Shown: positions 26,271 through 40,981 of the stretch, piece after piece
Layout: the number at the start of each line of letters is the position of its first letter
Numbering within the stretch: position 1 is the first letter of the stretch
Source: Trichosphaerium sp. ATCC 40318
Taxonomy: Eukaryota > Protista > Tubulinea
Length of the DNA stretch: 64,000 bases
Direction of reading: 5' to 3'
Assembly (NCBI GenBank): GCA_038496445.1
Contig: JALMLS010000070.1
Coordinates: forward strand, 96,574 to 160,573
Position numbers and translations under genes: made by a program
The notes under the pieces: model-generated
What the model was told of the DNA's origin: nothing
Databases searched by the model: none
What the model saw: the letters and a program-made list of their open reading frames with translations, nothing else

Positions 26271-26420
26271 ATACATGCACGCGAACATTCCGAAAAACAA
26301 AAACGATATCACGTGATAGTGACATTTAGTATGTAAAGGAACTGATAAAACTGATTTTATTGCTGCTTTTGTATTGATATCTGCAATAAATAAAAAAAGA
26401 CGTGGTGTCGATTATATTGT

Positions 26421-29265
<2,845 letters not shown>

Positions 29266-29437
29266 TGTGAATAAACAACAAGGACAGATTTGGGCGACAA
29301 AAACTTTTTACATTTTTCGTATTTGAGCACGAAACCCAACAAAGTTTTATTGCGTTAATACCACATTTGGTGTCGTGTTTGGACGACAGCAATAATACAG
29401 CCGTTACAATTGTGAAACAATTATGGATGACGAATAA

Positions 29438-32400
29438 ATGTCGACAGGGAGAGCCTCTGCGCGCCTGAAGGGCAAGACAGTACTATTTCCTGCTCAAATA
29501 CATTTAAATGAGGCCGCGCTACCCTGTAATAATCAATTGAGCGATTTCGTTGCTAAAGGTATTAAAAACTCGTTGGTTATGAATAACATAATATTTGTAG
29601 ACGACTTCTCTACGCTGAAACAAAAACAGGTTTGTAGTGGTTATTTTTTCTTCTAACTACTCGTACAGACATTTCATGAGCTTGAACCTCCCGTAGCAGA
29701 CAATTTCCACTCGCCTACGGCAGAAAAATCAAAGGAAAAACGGTTATCAGCTCTACAAGTACACAAACGCCTAAATTCAGCGTAACCTACAAGAAACGAA
29801 TAACAATTACCTAGAAATTTAACCGCGATAGAGAACGGGCGCGTTTCTCGAAACTTCGAAAACAGGCCATCCCAGACCTTCTATCAATACCAGATGGATC
29901 AAAAAAATCTCTTCCAATATTTGATGATCCTTCACAGTACGTTTAGCTATACAATTTGCACGTGCAAGTTGGCTAAACTTGTTGTTGTAAAACATTTCAA
30001 CTCTAATTTCTCTTACTTTATGTAGGTCTCAAAAAAGCGGAAGTACATTATTCTCAAATGGTAGGAGTGCTAGAACAGTGTTTGGGAGGGATGACAGTGA
30101 TGAAGATAGCTTGGAGAACCTAGAAAAGTGCGTTTTGTTTTTTGTTATATTTGCTTTGTCGTGTTGATTATTTTGTAGAGCAAGCGACATCGAGGATGAG
30201 GTTAGCTTCATATCAAACAAAAGGGTTGCTTTTTAACATACTTTAGATACCTGATATCCCAGCATTCCGAGACGACTTTATCGTCAATGACGTTGAAATG
30301 GGTACTTGAAGTTTTTTTTCGAATTCTTAGTAATGTATTAGTCTATGATCCTTTATTTCCTACCAATGACACAACACGATCCCCAAGTCCAAAAAAGAAA
30401 TCCCCATTCAAACGGCGATTGTCTCCTAAAAAGGAACGTAAAAAGAGAAATTTTATTGATATGGTGCATGACGATGACGAAGGCAGTACAGTCGACGAGC
30501 ATCATAGACCAAGCAAAAAGTGAGTAATGCCTTTATTTTTTATTGTTATTTAACTCACCATTATTGTAGAGCACGTATAGATTCTGCAGTAAACGACATC
30601 ATGATCATCGATTCACCTCACCAGTCAAGTAATAGAATTCCACAGTTTAAACCAGACGAACGTGTCAATATCAGTGATGACGAAAGTAAAGATGATATGG
30701 CTATTGATACTGTTTCTTCGAGTTCTAGGCGAAATGTACTAGTCTACAGACTTTTTCCATCTTGGATTACCTATGTTTTCTTACAGCATACTAGTCGCGT
30801 TCTAGTGGATTTGTGGTTGTTGTTGCTCCTAAAGGTGGTTCAGAGATGAGACTTTATGTGCAAGTACCACGAGGAGTTGATATTGAGGCGGTACGCCTTA
30901 AACACATCTATGTTATTCTAAGTCGTCTATTTAGTTGACCGTTGAGCGATTTTGTGCGATTGTGATAACACGATACAGCAAAAAAACTAAAATAGATGAA
31001 AAGGCTGTAAAAGTAAATGCTTTCAAGCTAAAAGGAGAATATGACATGGACCCTGATGATCTTGTATATAATGATATTGTAGATCCATCCGTTGATGCTT
31101 ATCGCATAGAGATTGAAGGTATGTTAAGAGATTTCTAACCTGCTCTAAACGAAACATTCAGTTAAAGAAAAAACAATGGCAGATATCTACGCTTCCGAAT
31201 ACAACCCAAAAGTTCGTATGTTATCAGCTCTGAAGGAATCTGAGGAGAAAAGCGAGCTCAAAGTTGAAGAACGTAGCCAAGCTGATGTTGCACTTAAACT
31301 TATCCGCGACTCGCATCGTCCTAAGATCAATAAGCTGATGTTTTGGCGTGGTGCCTTGCTTGGTTCGTAGTTTTTTTATTCACGTAGCGCTATGAGCTTT
31401 ACGTGATTAGTTTATGTTTGTTTTACAGCAAATAACCTCTTATATAGCACAGAGCACAGCTAAGCAATTCGCACAAGTGTTACATCATGAAAACTTAGCA
31501 AATCTCACGTTATTGGATTTCAGCGATAATAACTTACAACACCCTTACATTAGCAATATTCTAAAGGCTGCCAGTGGGTTGAAGCACTTGAAGACTTTAA
31601 ACCTTTCAGATAACCACCTTTGCAATTCAAGTATACATCAGCTATGCATGGTATTACTACAATGTGGTAAACTAGAGGTATTGGAGCTAGCTGGTTGCTG
31701 GATTGATCAAACATTGATTTCTCTGTTGCTAAAGCAGAAAGTACGTCAAAAACATGCCTCACGTTTACTAGTTTAACGGGATTATCGTTAGGTGTTTGGC
31801 CACGCACGTAGCCTACATACTTTGGACCTTTCTCGTAATAATATATCTGGTGAAGGTTTAAGAGATTTCTTTTTGTATTATAGTAGAGATTGGGCTGATA
31901 GGCAGTGCCCACTAAAGGTATGAGCTTTTCTTGGGGTTATTTTGTAGAGCGTCCTGGGTCTTCAATGTCAACCTAAGGAGACCATTCTTTCTGTACAAGC
32001 TGACGCGTTTATTGTAGAATTTCATCCTTAAAGATAACTTTGGTTCTTCTTGTTGCTCTGGGATATCTGTCGCTCTTAAAGACTTTCTTGTTACAGTAAG
32101 ACTGAACAAACTTATTTTATCGGGTAGTCATTTAGATGATAAATTCATTTCTGGTCTGCGCTCTGGATTATCGTTAAGTTCTTCAATTCAAATACTTGAC
32201 TTATCAAGATGCCTCTCTTTTTCGAGTTTTTCAAATCTAATACCTTCTTTGTATAAACTATACAAACTGGTACATCTCTTTCATCATTACTTTGATAGCT
32301 AATATATTGTTGTTACATAGGAGCACTTAGATATCAGCCGTTGTAATCTTACAGATGAGGTTTGTGGGCTACTTGCTCAGTTTTTGCATACTTCTAGAAG

Positions 32401-32743
32401 CTTACAGACTCTTGATCTACGTGGAACATCTTTATCTTATGAAGGAGTTTTATTATTGTTTAATACGTTTAAAACACAACCAGAGAGGAGACCTAGTATT
32501 AAAGAACTTTCAGTCACTTTACCAGATATCAAAGAACATCAAGAAGAAAGATTTGCTGAATCTTTATTGGTTTTATCTTGCTTAAAGAAACTAACACTAC
32601 AAGGATACTTTAACGATGATTTTAAAAGAAAGTTAACTTCTTATTGGGCTATTGGACATACTAATTATGTAAATGACTCATCATGTGATGGCGTAGGAAA
32701 TTTTTCAGTATTCTCAACAAGCAATAACTTCTCACACATTTGA
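29438..32743 (+). CDS. Low-complexity N-terminus plus RI-like leucine-rich repeat protein (resembles the TONSL C-terminal region)
   Basis: LRRs LTLLDFSDNNL, LKTLNLSDNHL, LEVLELAGCWI, LDISRCNL and LQTLDLRGTSL; basic/SP-rich middle region. Confidence 0.65.
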
Positions 32744-32968
32744 AATTGTATCAAAAAAAAAACCAAATAAAAACCACGAGCAATCATTATACTATTGTGG
32801 TTATGGAATTACTCCACCTAACAAGTAACAGCAGGATACGAGAGATCCATGCCCAGAGTCTGACCTGCATTGAAGCGCCTCAGAACCGCCGACAATCTTT
32901 TTGGCAGTTTTTTTTACCCAATGCTGGTCAAAGCTCGTTCAAAACAATTCTTACAACGTGTTGCGTAA

Positions 32969-34510
32969 ATGACTTGCTTTATGTCATCGCTACCACGAGA
33001 GATGGTATGCGAAATCCTGATGTTCTTACGCACTTCAAATCTGAAATCTATCTCTTTGACCTGTAAACAGTTTCTACACGTAGTACGAAATGATATTGGC
33101 TTTGCTAACATTGACGCAAAAAATTACAACGTACTGGACCTCTGCAAGAACAAAGGACTTTTAAAGTCAACCCATATTCATGTACCAATGCTATTGAGGC
33201 CAGAAATAGCCATTCTTCTTCACGGAGCGTATAATCTGAGGATGGACATCAGAAAAATCAGCGATGAGGTCATAACACACTTCGGAAACGTCCGCACACT
33301 AGATATTGGTCGCAGTACAATCACGGATGTTGGTTTGTCAGCGCTTACAAATATTACCAAGCTTTCCTTTGTTCCTAATGAAATAATCACTCCAAAAGGT
33401 CTAAAATCACTCTCTAGACTCAAAGAAATATCATTGATTGGGGAGTGTGTTACTGACAGTCATCTGGAAGCTATTTCTAGAGTGCCAACCATTGACTTAT
33501 CTTTTTGCAACAACATCACTAACAAAGGTGTTGGAGCACTTGCTGGTGTTAAAACAATAAGAATCAGTAACTGTGACAAAGTATCTGACGAAGGATACGC
33601 ATCTTTGGCAGGTGTCAAAGAAGCAAAGCTTGCTCCTATTGGATACAACTTTGGATCAAATAATCTGACAGATGTTGGATTGAAAGCACTTGCAGGTGTT
33701 AAAAAGCTTATTATCCACAGGAATCCTTATATCACTGATAAAGGTGTATCAGCGCTTTCTGGTATACACACTATCAACTTGAATCGTTGTAACATTGGTG
33801 ATAAGTGTATGAAGGCGCTATCAGGAGTTCACACAATCGACATTTGTGATACATTTATAACAGATATTGGTCTTAAGTGTCTTAAAGGTGTACATACAAT
33901 TCTATTAGATAACTGTTTCAATGTGACTTCATTGGGTATATCATACCTTGCAGGTGTTCACACAATATCACTAAGTGGCTGTGACTATATCACTGATGAA
34001 GGTGTCTCAGCATTACGTGGAGTATACAAGATAAATCTAAAAAATTGCACATTAATTACCGACTTGTCTTTGAAAGCACTGGGAGGTGTTTCAGAGATAA
34101 AACTTGATCACTGTTTTTTTATAACAGATGAAGGTTTGAAGTATATTTCAGGAGCACGTGATGTCAGTTTGGTTAATTGTAGTGAAATTACAGATAAAGG
34201 ATTAAAATATCTTGTTGGTGTAGAAAAACTTGATATTTCTGGATGTCAAAATATTACGGATGACAGCATTATATCTCTCTATGGAGTCACTAATTTGACT
34301 GCAAATGATTGTCCTCTTATCACTGATTATGGTATCTTGTATTTATTTGGACCTCTTAAGCATTGCAGATGTGATTCTGTTTCAGCAAGAATGTCTTATT
34401 TCTTTGTTTGGTCTTGTGGTACTTTAATAATTAATGGAAAAAAACCTGCATATGAACATCTAGAACAACATTCACCATACCAATCGTACACTATACGTGA
34501 CTTTTTGTGA
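32969..34510 (+). CDS. Intronless F-box plus LRR protein (about 22-aa GVHTIxL repeats)
   Basis: F-box SLPREMVCEILMFL...ISLTCKQF; tandem ITDxGxxxLxGVHTIxL repeats; 513-aa ORF. Confidence 0.9.
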   Translation: MTCFMSSLPREMVCEILMFLRTSNLKSISLTCKQFLHVVRNDIGFANIDAKNYNVLDLCKNKGLLKSTHIHVPMLLRPEIAILLHGAYNLRMDIRKISDEVITHFGNVRTLDIGRSTITDVGLSALTNITKLSFVPNEIITPKGLKSLSRLKEISLIGECVTDSHLEAISRVPTIDLSFCNNITNKGVGALAGVKTIRISNCDKVSDEGYASLAGVKEAKLAPIGYNFGSNNLTDVGLKALAGVKKLIIHRNPYITDKGVSALSGIHTINLNRCNIGDKCMKALSGVHTIDICDTFITDIGLKCLKGVHTILLDNCFNVTSLGISYLAGVHTISLSGCDYITDEGVSALRGVYKINLKNCTLITDLSLKALGGVSEIKLDHCFFITDEGLKYISGARDVSLVNCSEITDKGLKYLVGVEKLDISGCQNITDDSIISLYGVTNLTANDCPLITDYGILYLFGPLKHCRCDSVSARMSYFFVWSCGTLIINGKKPAYEHLEQHSPYQSYTIRDFL

Positions 34511-34745
34511 TAACTCAGCTTGTACTCACCGTCAAGTTGTATTTCAAATAAATTGCTTTTTTTTTTCTTGTTGTTCAGTATTGTACAACAGTGGTGGCCA
34601 TGAGCAACACAGTATTGATAAACAGTGGCTACTACAGAGGTGTACAAGCTTACAGGTTAATACAATATTGGCAGGTCGAAAACCGTTTTTTGTTAGTAGT
34701 GCTTAGAAAACTCGCAATAATTAGACGACACCTTGATTACACGAC

Positions 34746-36599
34746 ATGTTGAGCACATGCACTAGTGTTAATCTACGTACATGTCTTACACGACGCACTA
34801 GCAGTATTATTGGTGTGCGGCGAGTACAAATTGCTAAAGATGCGCGGAAGAACATTATTGGTATGACAATAGAGGAGTTAGAGAAGGACATGATAGAAAT
34901 GGGCGTTAAACAGAAATATAGAGCGCATCAAGTTTATTCGCAAATATTTAACGGTATATGAACGCTATACGCTAGTTTTCTTACATTGGCGCTATAGGAG
35001 TCGAAGATTTTCAACATTTAACAAATTTACCTCGCTCTTTGCGTGACAAGCTTAGCGACAAGTATCGCATATACTATGGCACGGTAAAAGAGGATCAGCT
35101 TGCAGAAGATGGAACAAGGAAATGGCTAATTGATTTTGATGGAGATCAAGTCGAAAGTACGCTAGATATATATTAGAAGCTTAATTAACGCGTAAAAAGC
35201 GGTATTTATTCCCGAGAGTAAGCGAGGAACGTTATGCGTAAGTTCACAGGTTGGATGTACGCCAAAACGCCATAAAACTCTTCTAAAAGCACGTAGGCAC
35301 GCTTTCTTGCGCATTTTGTCATACAGGCCTTCAACCAGTAGTACGGCTTTACTCATTCAAATCCCTCAACGCCCTACGCGTCGAAAACTTATACAATGCC
35401 TTAGAAGCGGAATCTGAAAGTATCAGAAATACTTGGTCAGTTATTCACAGCCAAAAAACTCCTGTATGATATACCGACGCAAGTGGTACACCCCAATGAC
35501 TTTTTTTTTTCAGTATCTGTAAACAAAGGCGTTTTATATCTTCTAATTTTTTGTAGGATAGAGTTGTTTCAAATGTTGTTTTCATGGGCCAGGGCGAACC
35601 TTTCTATAATTACCTAAATGTTAGACGTTCTATTGAGTTTATGGCTGCTTCTAATGGCTTTAAAATATCAAAAAGGCGTATTACAGTATCAACTTCAGGT
35701 GAGACTTTGACGCACTAATTTTTTTATTTTCTTTTTTTTTATCGCCTTGTTGTTGACCGGCTTGGGTGTACAGGTGTTGTTCCTAAGATTAAAAAATTGG
35801 GAGATGAGACTGGCGTTAATTTGGCTATATCTCTTCACGCATGTGATGATAAATTAAGGTACATAATTGAGCCTTTGATAAAAAACCTGGTTTTGGCGAA
35901 CCTTTTGTGTTTAAGTCTCCACTCTTTTATGTCGCAAAGATTTATTACTTTTCCACTAACCTTCTTATTTACAGAGATATTTTAGTACCTATAAATAAGC
36001 AATGGCCGATAAAAGGTTTGTATAACGAAGATAACTTGTTTTTTTTCTTTCCGTACAACTTTTGCTGATAGTCTGTTTTAGAATTAATGGATGCATTGAA
36101 ATCGTATCCAGCAAGTCCTAATCAACCAATTACGTTCGAATATATTATGATAAAGGACGTGAATGATACAATAACACATGCAAAATCATTAGTAGCTCTA
36201 TTGAAAGAGTCGGAACTGGATGCAACTGTAAACTTAATGTACGGCAATCTCATCACAAATAATCTTCTCTACTTATCTTATTTATTAGACCATATAATCC
36301 TGTGCCTGGTATACGATTTGAAACATCACTAGATGACACAATTTTAGATTTTGCAAATGTAGTAAACGGAGCAGGTGAGAGTAAAACTTTCTTATTTTTT
36401 TCTTGCCAAGAGATTAACTGTAGTTCGTTTAGGTGTACGTGCACCTGTACGGTGGCCACGTGGTAGAGATATTATGGCCGCATGTGGCCAATTATCATCA
36501 CTAGCAAAGAAAAAGTCACCAATGGCTCAGACTTTGGAAGATATTGATAACAATCGACTGGATCCTACCAATTTTCGTAAAAGTGCACATTCAACGTGA
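34746..36599 (+). CDS. rlmN: RlmN-family radical SAM RNA m2A methyltransferase, probably mitochondrial
   Basis: DGTRKWL, CVSSQVGCTLSCAFCHTG (CxxxCxxC), VFMGQGEP, ITVSTSG, LAISLHA, ITFEYIMIKDVND, RGRDIMAACGQL; Arg/Ser/Thr-rich N-terminus. Confidence 0.92.
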
Positions 36600-37223
36600 G
36601 GTGTTTGTTCGCGAAATAACGTGGACGGCAGTTCCTCCAAAAAAAAAAACCATAAAAAGCTAAATGTACAAATAACAGAAAAAACTAGTTTTGGGTTACT
36701 TCAATTTTCCAGCGTCTTAGTCTATTCACTTTAATTTCTTTCGTACAGTCACCATTAACGTTTATTTTTGCTATACACAGTGAGATAAGTGTTACAACTA
36801 TCAAGGTAACTAAAGCGCTTTTAATCATGTGGGTTTACCAATTGTAGCAGACTTAATTCCTGATTTGTCGATAGTACCTGAAATTACGCTATTTTATTGT
36901 ACGGGTAAAAGCCCCCAGTTTGTGGCACGCACCTGAGTTTCTGCTCTTATCCTCATGTACGTTACTCTGTAAAGATACACTAATTGCATGGGCTAAATAT
37001 GTTCACGAAGCATCCCGAAAATCAGGCTTGTGGCTAGCACAAAATAGACTTTATATCACGTCAAATCCTGTGCAACCAAACGTTAAACCAACACGTGATA
37101 GAAAACACTATTTACATCACTCCTAAGCGTGTAGAGTACTCTCCAAGTAGTTAAACGTCTTTTATTATAACTACTCTTTGACCTATCTTTTTACACATGG
37201 GCAGGTTTTTTTCAATCATTTCA

Positions 37224-38594
37224 CTAGCTATTTAAATAAAAAACTACGCCACGACTTGACTCACAAATATCTTTGTCCTCATCACGTGGTATCGTCGTCA
37301 AAATGCGGTTCTTGCAGAATACTGTTACTCCTTTGTCCATTATCGCTTTAAGGCACCCAACTGTGAATCTAGTGACCTTAGTGAACTTTAACACCTTTAG
37401 TCTTGTTAACGGAATTAGCCAATCATCTGATACATTAGTTTCGTTTAGATCAAGTGTGTGTACACTTGACAGACTTTTCATACTCTCTTTTGTGATAACT
37501 TCATTACTAGAAAGGCATATACTATGTACACCAGACAACGCCATAACTCCTCTATCTGTAACAGAAGTACCACCCAAATTAATTGTATGGACACCTGCCA
37601 ACGCCGAAATACCTCTATCTGTCACATGTGTATCCGCTAAGTCTATAGTATGTACGCCAGCTAGTGCTACTATGCCTTCATCTGTTATTTCTCTACACTT
37701 TTTCAAGTTTATCACGTGTACTCCGGCCAAAGAAGAAACACCTTTATCTGTGATATGTTGGCAAAATTCTAAGTTAATATCGTACACTCCAGCTAAAGCG
37801 GAAATACCTGAATCTGATACTTTAGTGTCATGTAAGTCTATAGTGTGTACTCCAGCAAGAGCTGAAATACCTTCGTCTGTGATACCATAGCAGTTATTTA
37901 AAATTATGGTATGTACTCCAGCCAACGCCTTAATTCCTTTGTCTGTTACTGAAGTACCAGCTAAGTTGATGGTATGTACTCCAGCCATGACGTACAACGC
38001 TTCATCTGTAACTTTGGAATAGGGGATGCTGACCTTAGGCACGCCAGCAAGCGCTTTAAAACCTTTATCTGTCAATGCGTCATCAGGTCGAGGCCACAAA
38101 GTGGTGTCACTTGTGTCAACTTGATGCAGACTAATGGATTTGAGGTGTTTCGCTAGACGTTTCAAGCTTGAGTCTTTGAACCTTGGACATCTTGAGATGC
38201 TCAAGTGACGAACACCTCTGATGGACTTGAACCCTTTCTTTGTAATGTAATCAGAGTTGGCTAGTTCGAGGGAGCGAACTCCGGTAAGGTAAGCGAGATC
38301 GTCGTCTGTGGTTTTGCGTAACTTCAACGATATTTTTGTGTTTTTGAGAAGAGGACTCCCGCGGAGGCGAGAACACCATGTTGTCGATCTAATATTGATG
38401 GTTCCGTATCCAACAACGTAGCGTATGATGTTTGAGAATAGTTTACAGGTCCGAGATGCGGAAAAGCGACTAGAAACATCAAAAAACTCGAGTAAACAAA
38501 CGAGGAGTTCCGTTGGAATGTCTAAAACATGGATATTTGCTGGTTTATCTTTAAAGTGCTTTCCACTTAATTTAGCCTTCGGGTTTGGTTCCAT
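37224..38594 (-). CDS. Intronless F-box plus LRR protein, paralog of 32969-34510
   Basis: F-box DIPTELLVCLLEFF...SRTCKLF; repeats TDxGISALAGVHTIxL; first ATG at 38594. Confidence 0.9.
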   Translation of the reverse strand: MEPNPKAKLSGKHFKDKPANIHVLDIPTELLVCLLEFFDVSSRFSASRTCKLFSNIIRYVVGYGTINIRSTTWCSRLRGSPLLKNTKISLKLRKTTDDDLAYLTGVRSLELANSDYITKKGFKSIRGVRHLSISRCPRFKDSSLKRLAKHLKSISLHQVDTSDTTLWPRPDDALTDKGFKALAGVPKVSIPYSKVTDEALYVMAGVHTINLAGTSVTDKGIKALAGVHTIILNNCYGITDEGISALAGVHTIDLHDTKVSDSGISALAGVYDINLEFCQHITDKGVSSLAGVHVINLKKCREITDEGIVALAGVHTIDLADTHVTDRGISALAGVHTINLGGTSVTDRGVMALSGVHSICLSSNEVITKESMKSLSSVHTLDLNETNVSDDWLIPLTRLKVLKFTKVTRFTVGCLKAIMDKGVTVFCKNRILTTIPRDEDKDICESSRGVVFYLNS

Positions 38595-38929
38595 AGAAGC
38601 GCCGGCAGGGTAAACGATGATGTACAATTGCTGTAGTTAAGTTTCAATGCTGAGGTCACATTTCATAGTTCTTGTGCAAGCGCACCTGATTTTCGCTTAT
38701 TTCTTCCTAAATAATTTACACGTGCTCATATAATTAAGATCTGAATAGTTCTATTTTTGGTTTCTCCGATTTAACCATTGGAGCAATGGTGATAGGCAAT
38801 TTTTGACTGAAATTGGAAGGACAAGAATGACTTCTGTCTTTTCGCTCTTACAAATACTTAAGGGCAACAATATGGGTTCTGACGTACTGTTTAATAAATC
38901 CCTTATGTAGAGGGACTGAACTTGAAAAA

Positions 38930-40200
38930 TCACAATATTATTGATAGTACGATAGGTAATAACATGTACACGAAACTAACAACAGGTACAGATGCTGATG
39001 TTTCACTTGGTGAGTTTGTTGTGGATGTGTCAACCGGAGGTGTTGAAGAAATTGAGGTTGGAGCAGTTGTTGTAGGTACCGAAGGAGATGTAGGCGGTAA
39101 TGTTGTAGGTATAGAAGGAGCAGTTGGTACGGTAGGTGCAATACTAGTTGGTCCCGAAGGATCGTCTGTGGTCGAAGGTGGAATAGTTGTAGGTGTCATG
39201 TCAGGCGTTGTTGTTGATGGTACTATTGTTGTAGGTACAAGTGTTGGCGACAATGTTGAAGGTATTGTGGTAGGTGCTACAGTTGTCGGTGGTAATGTTG
39301 TTGGAGGTGTTGTCGGCGATGCTGTGGAAGGAATTGATGGTTCAAGTGTAGGCAGTGACATGAGTTCATATACAATCCTCCATGTATTTGATACGCTATA
39401 CCTTGCACTTGGGATTGTTATCCTATTGAATATGTAAGCGTTACAAGAGAGCATTATTAGTAAATAAATATCACTGCCGTACGTAAAAGAAGTGTCATTA
39501 AATACAATTGTAGGCTCTCTTATCCATGTGTTTGTAATTAATGTCATATCTATGCGAAGTAAGGATTACTTTTGATCGTGTTGTGTTATTCATTATGAAG
39601 TTTTCGTACTTGATATCATTGTAGTTTGTGGTGTAATAAACGTTGCACCAACAGTATGTTTTCCAATAGGGCATGTTTCACCCATTTCAGGTATGCACCC
39701 TGACGATCCATCTGCCAAGGTGATGGTTACTTGCGTTTCGGTAATTGATAACGAAAGTGCTGCAAAATCGAAATAAGAAAGTGAAGACTACAACAGTTAG
39801 TTTTCATGTAGTTTATGTGTCATTCACATACGCCGCCTACTTCTATGTACGGTAGAGTCCCGTTACCTCCTGTAGCCACCGCAACCTGTTCAAATTCATT
39901 TACAGTGCTGCTTCCTGTGTTTATGAATGCATAAGCTGTATCTCCGTTTGCTAATCTGTTTAAGAGTTTTGTTTTGTAACCTCTTGTGTTTTGGAGTATT
40001 ATTGCGTACTCAGACTCTGTCCTTGCTGGATTATGCTTAAAACAACCAATAATACTAATATCGCTTTCGTAGAAGTCATAACGTGTTGCTGTGTGTTTAA
40101 TAAAGACGCAAAAACAATTAAGCAATCCGACAACATCTAAGGTGCGGAGATGTTCCGAAATTCTAAATATACCAGAGGGTATAACAAACAAGGTGCTATA
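38930..40200 (-). CDS. Probable cell-surface protein with a Thr/Pro-rich stalk and a hydrophobic (GPI-signal-like) C-terminus (5' end uncertain)
   Basis: PTT-rich tract in ORF 38930-39547 ending SASVPVVSFVYMLLPIVLSIIL*; upstream exons at 39590-40190. Confidence 0.6.
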
Positions 40201-40469
40201 TATACGTTAGGTCTATTATATACACAGGTTATAGCGTTATATCTTCGGACTCACACAGCCCGTAAAATCTCGGATCATTAACAGAATCTTAATGTTACTT
40301 TTGAAACAGGCAAAACAGAAAACACAAAATGAACGCCCAGCTTGCTTTTTCTCCTTCTGTCTAGCGTATTTTGAGTCCCGCTGTAATGTCTATAACAGTA
40401 CAATAACAACTTATTTTCGCACCCAACTCTATAAATCCCGATTCATCACGTGTTTTCACTTTTTTTCAG

Positions 40470-40933
40470 GGCAAAAAACAATGACAAAAGAACTTGTTTG
40501 GACGTATTTATCATCATCAAAGACATAAGACCTCGCTGCAGGGAGTTCCATAATGCTTTTAGATCATTAGGACAGCAAATAGGTGCATTTTATGCGCTCA
40601 GTAATGAAGTTATATCTGCGGTGTTATCGAAACGAGTGCTGGGTTAATACTAGATCTCAGGTGCCAAGGATTTTAGTATCACTTGTTTTAGTCATACTGG
40701 CAGTAGCTATTACTGTCGTAGTAGGCGTGTCTTTCTTTTCAGATGGGCTTATAGACAAATACCCAAAAAACCGTGTACAGCAAACACCACCAACACAATA
40801 CCAATACCTGTACATTCATAGCATAGATACGTATACGCACATGACGACATACTTGTTCTTTAATAAAAGATTAAGCCCGAACAATGTACCAACCTTTATT
40901 TTTGAACCTTGCCTACAACCAAAACAAGCATAA
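40470..40933 (+). CDS. Possible small single-pass membrane protein
   Basis: Hydrophobic segment ILVSLVLVILAVAITVVVGVSFF; exon structure unresolved. Confidence 0.3.
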
Positions 40934-40981
40934 ACCATATGTCAGAGAATCATTATTAGTGGGACTTAACGAAGTGGCAAC

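Noticed and set aside
37273-37890. 205-aa plus-strand ORF
   Set aside because: It is the antisense shadow of the LRR repeats.
38922-39437. Val/Gly-rich plus-strand ORF (171 aa)
   Set aside because: It is the antisense shadow of the Thr/Pro-rich minus-strand exon.
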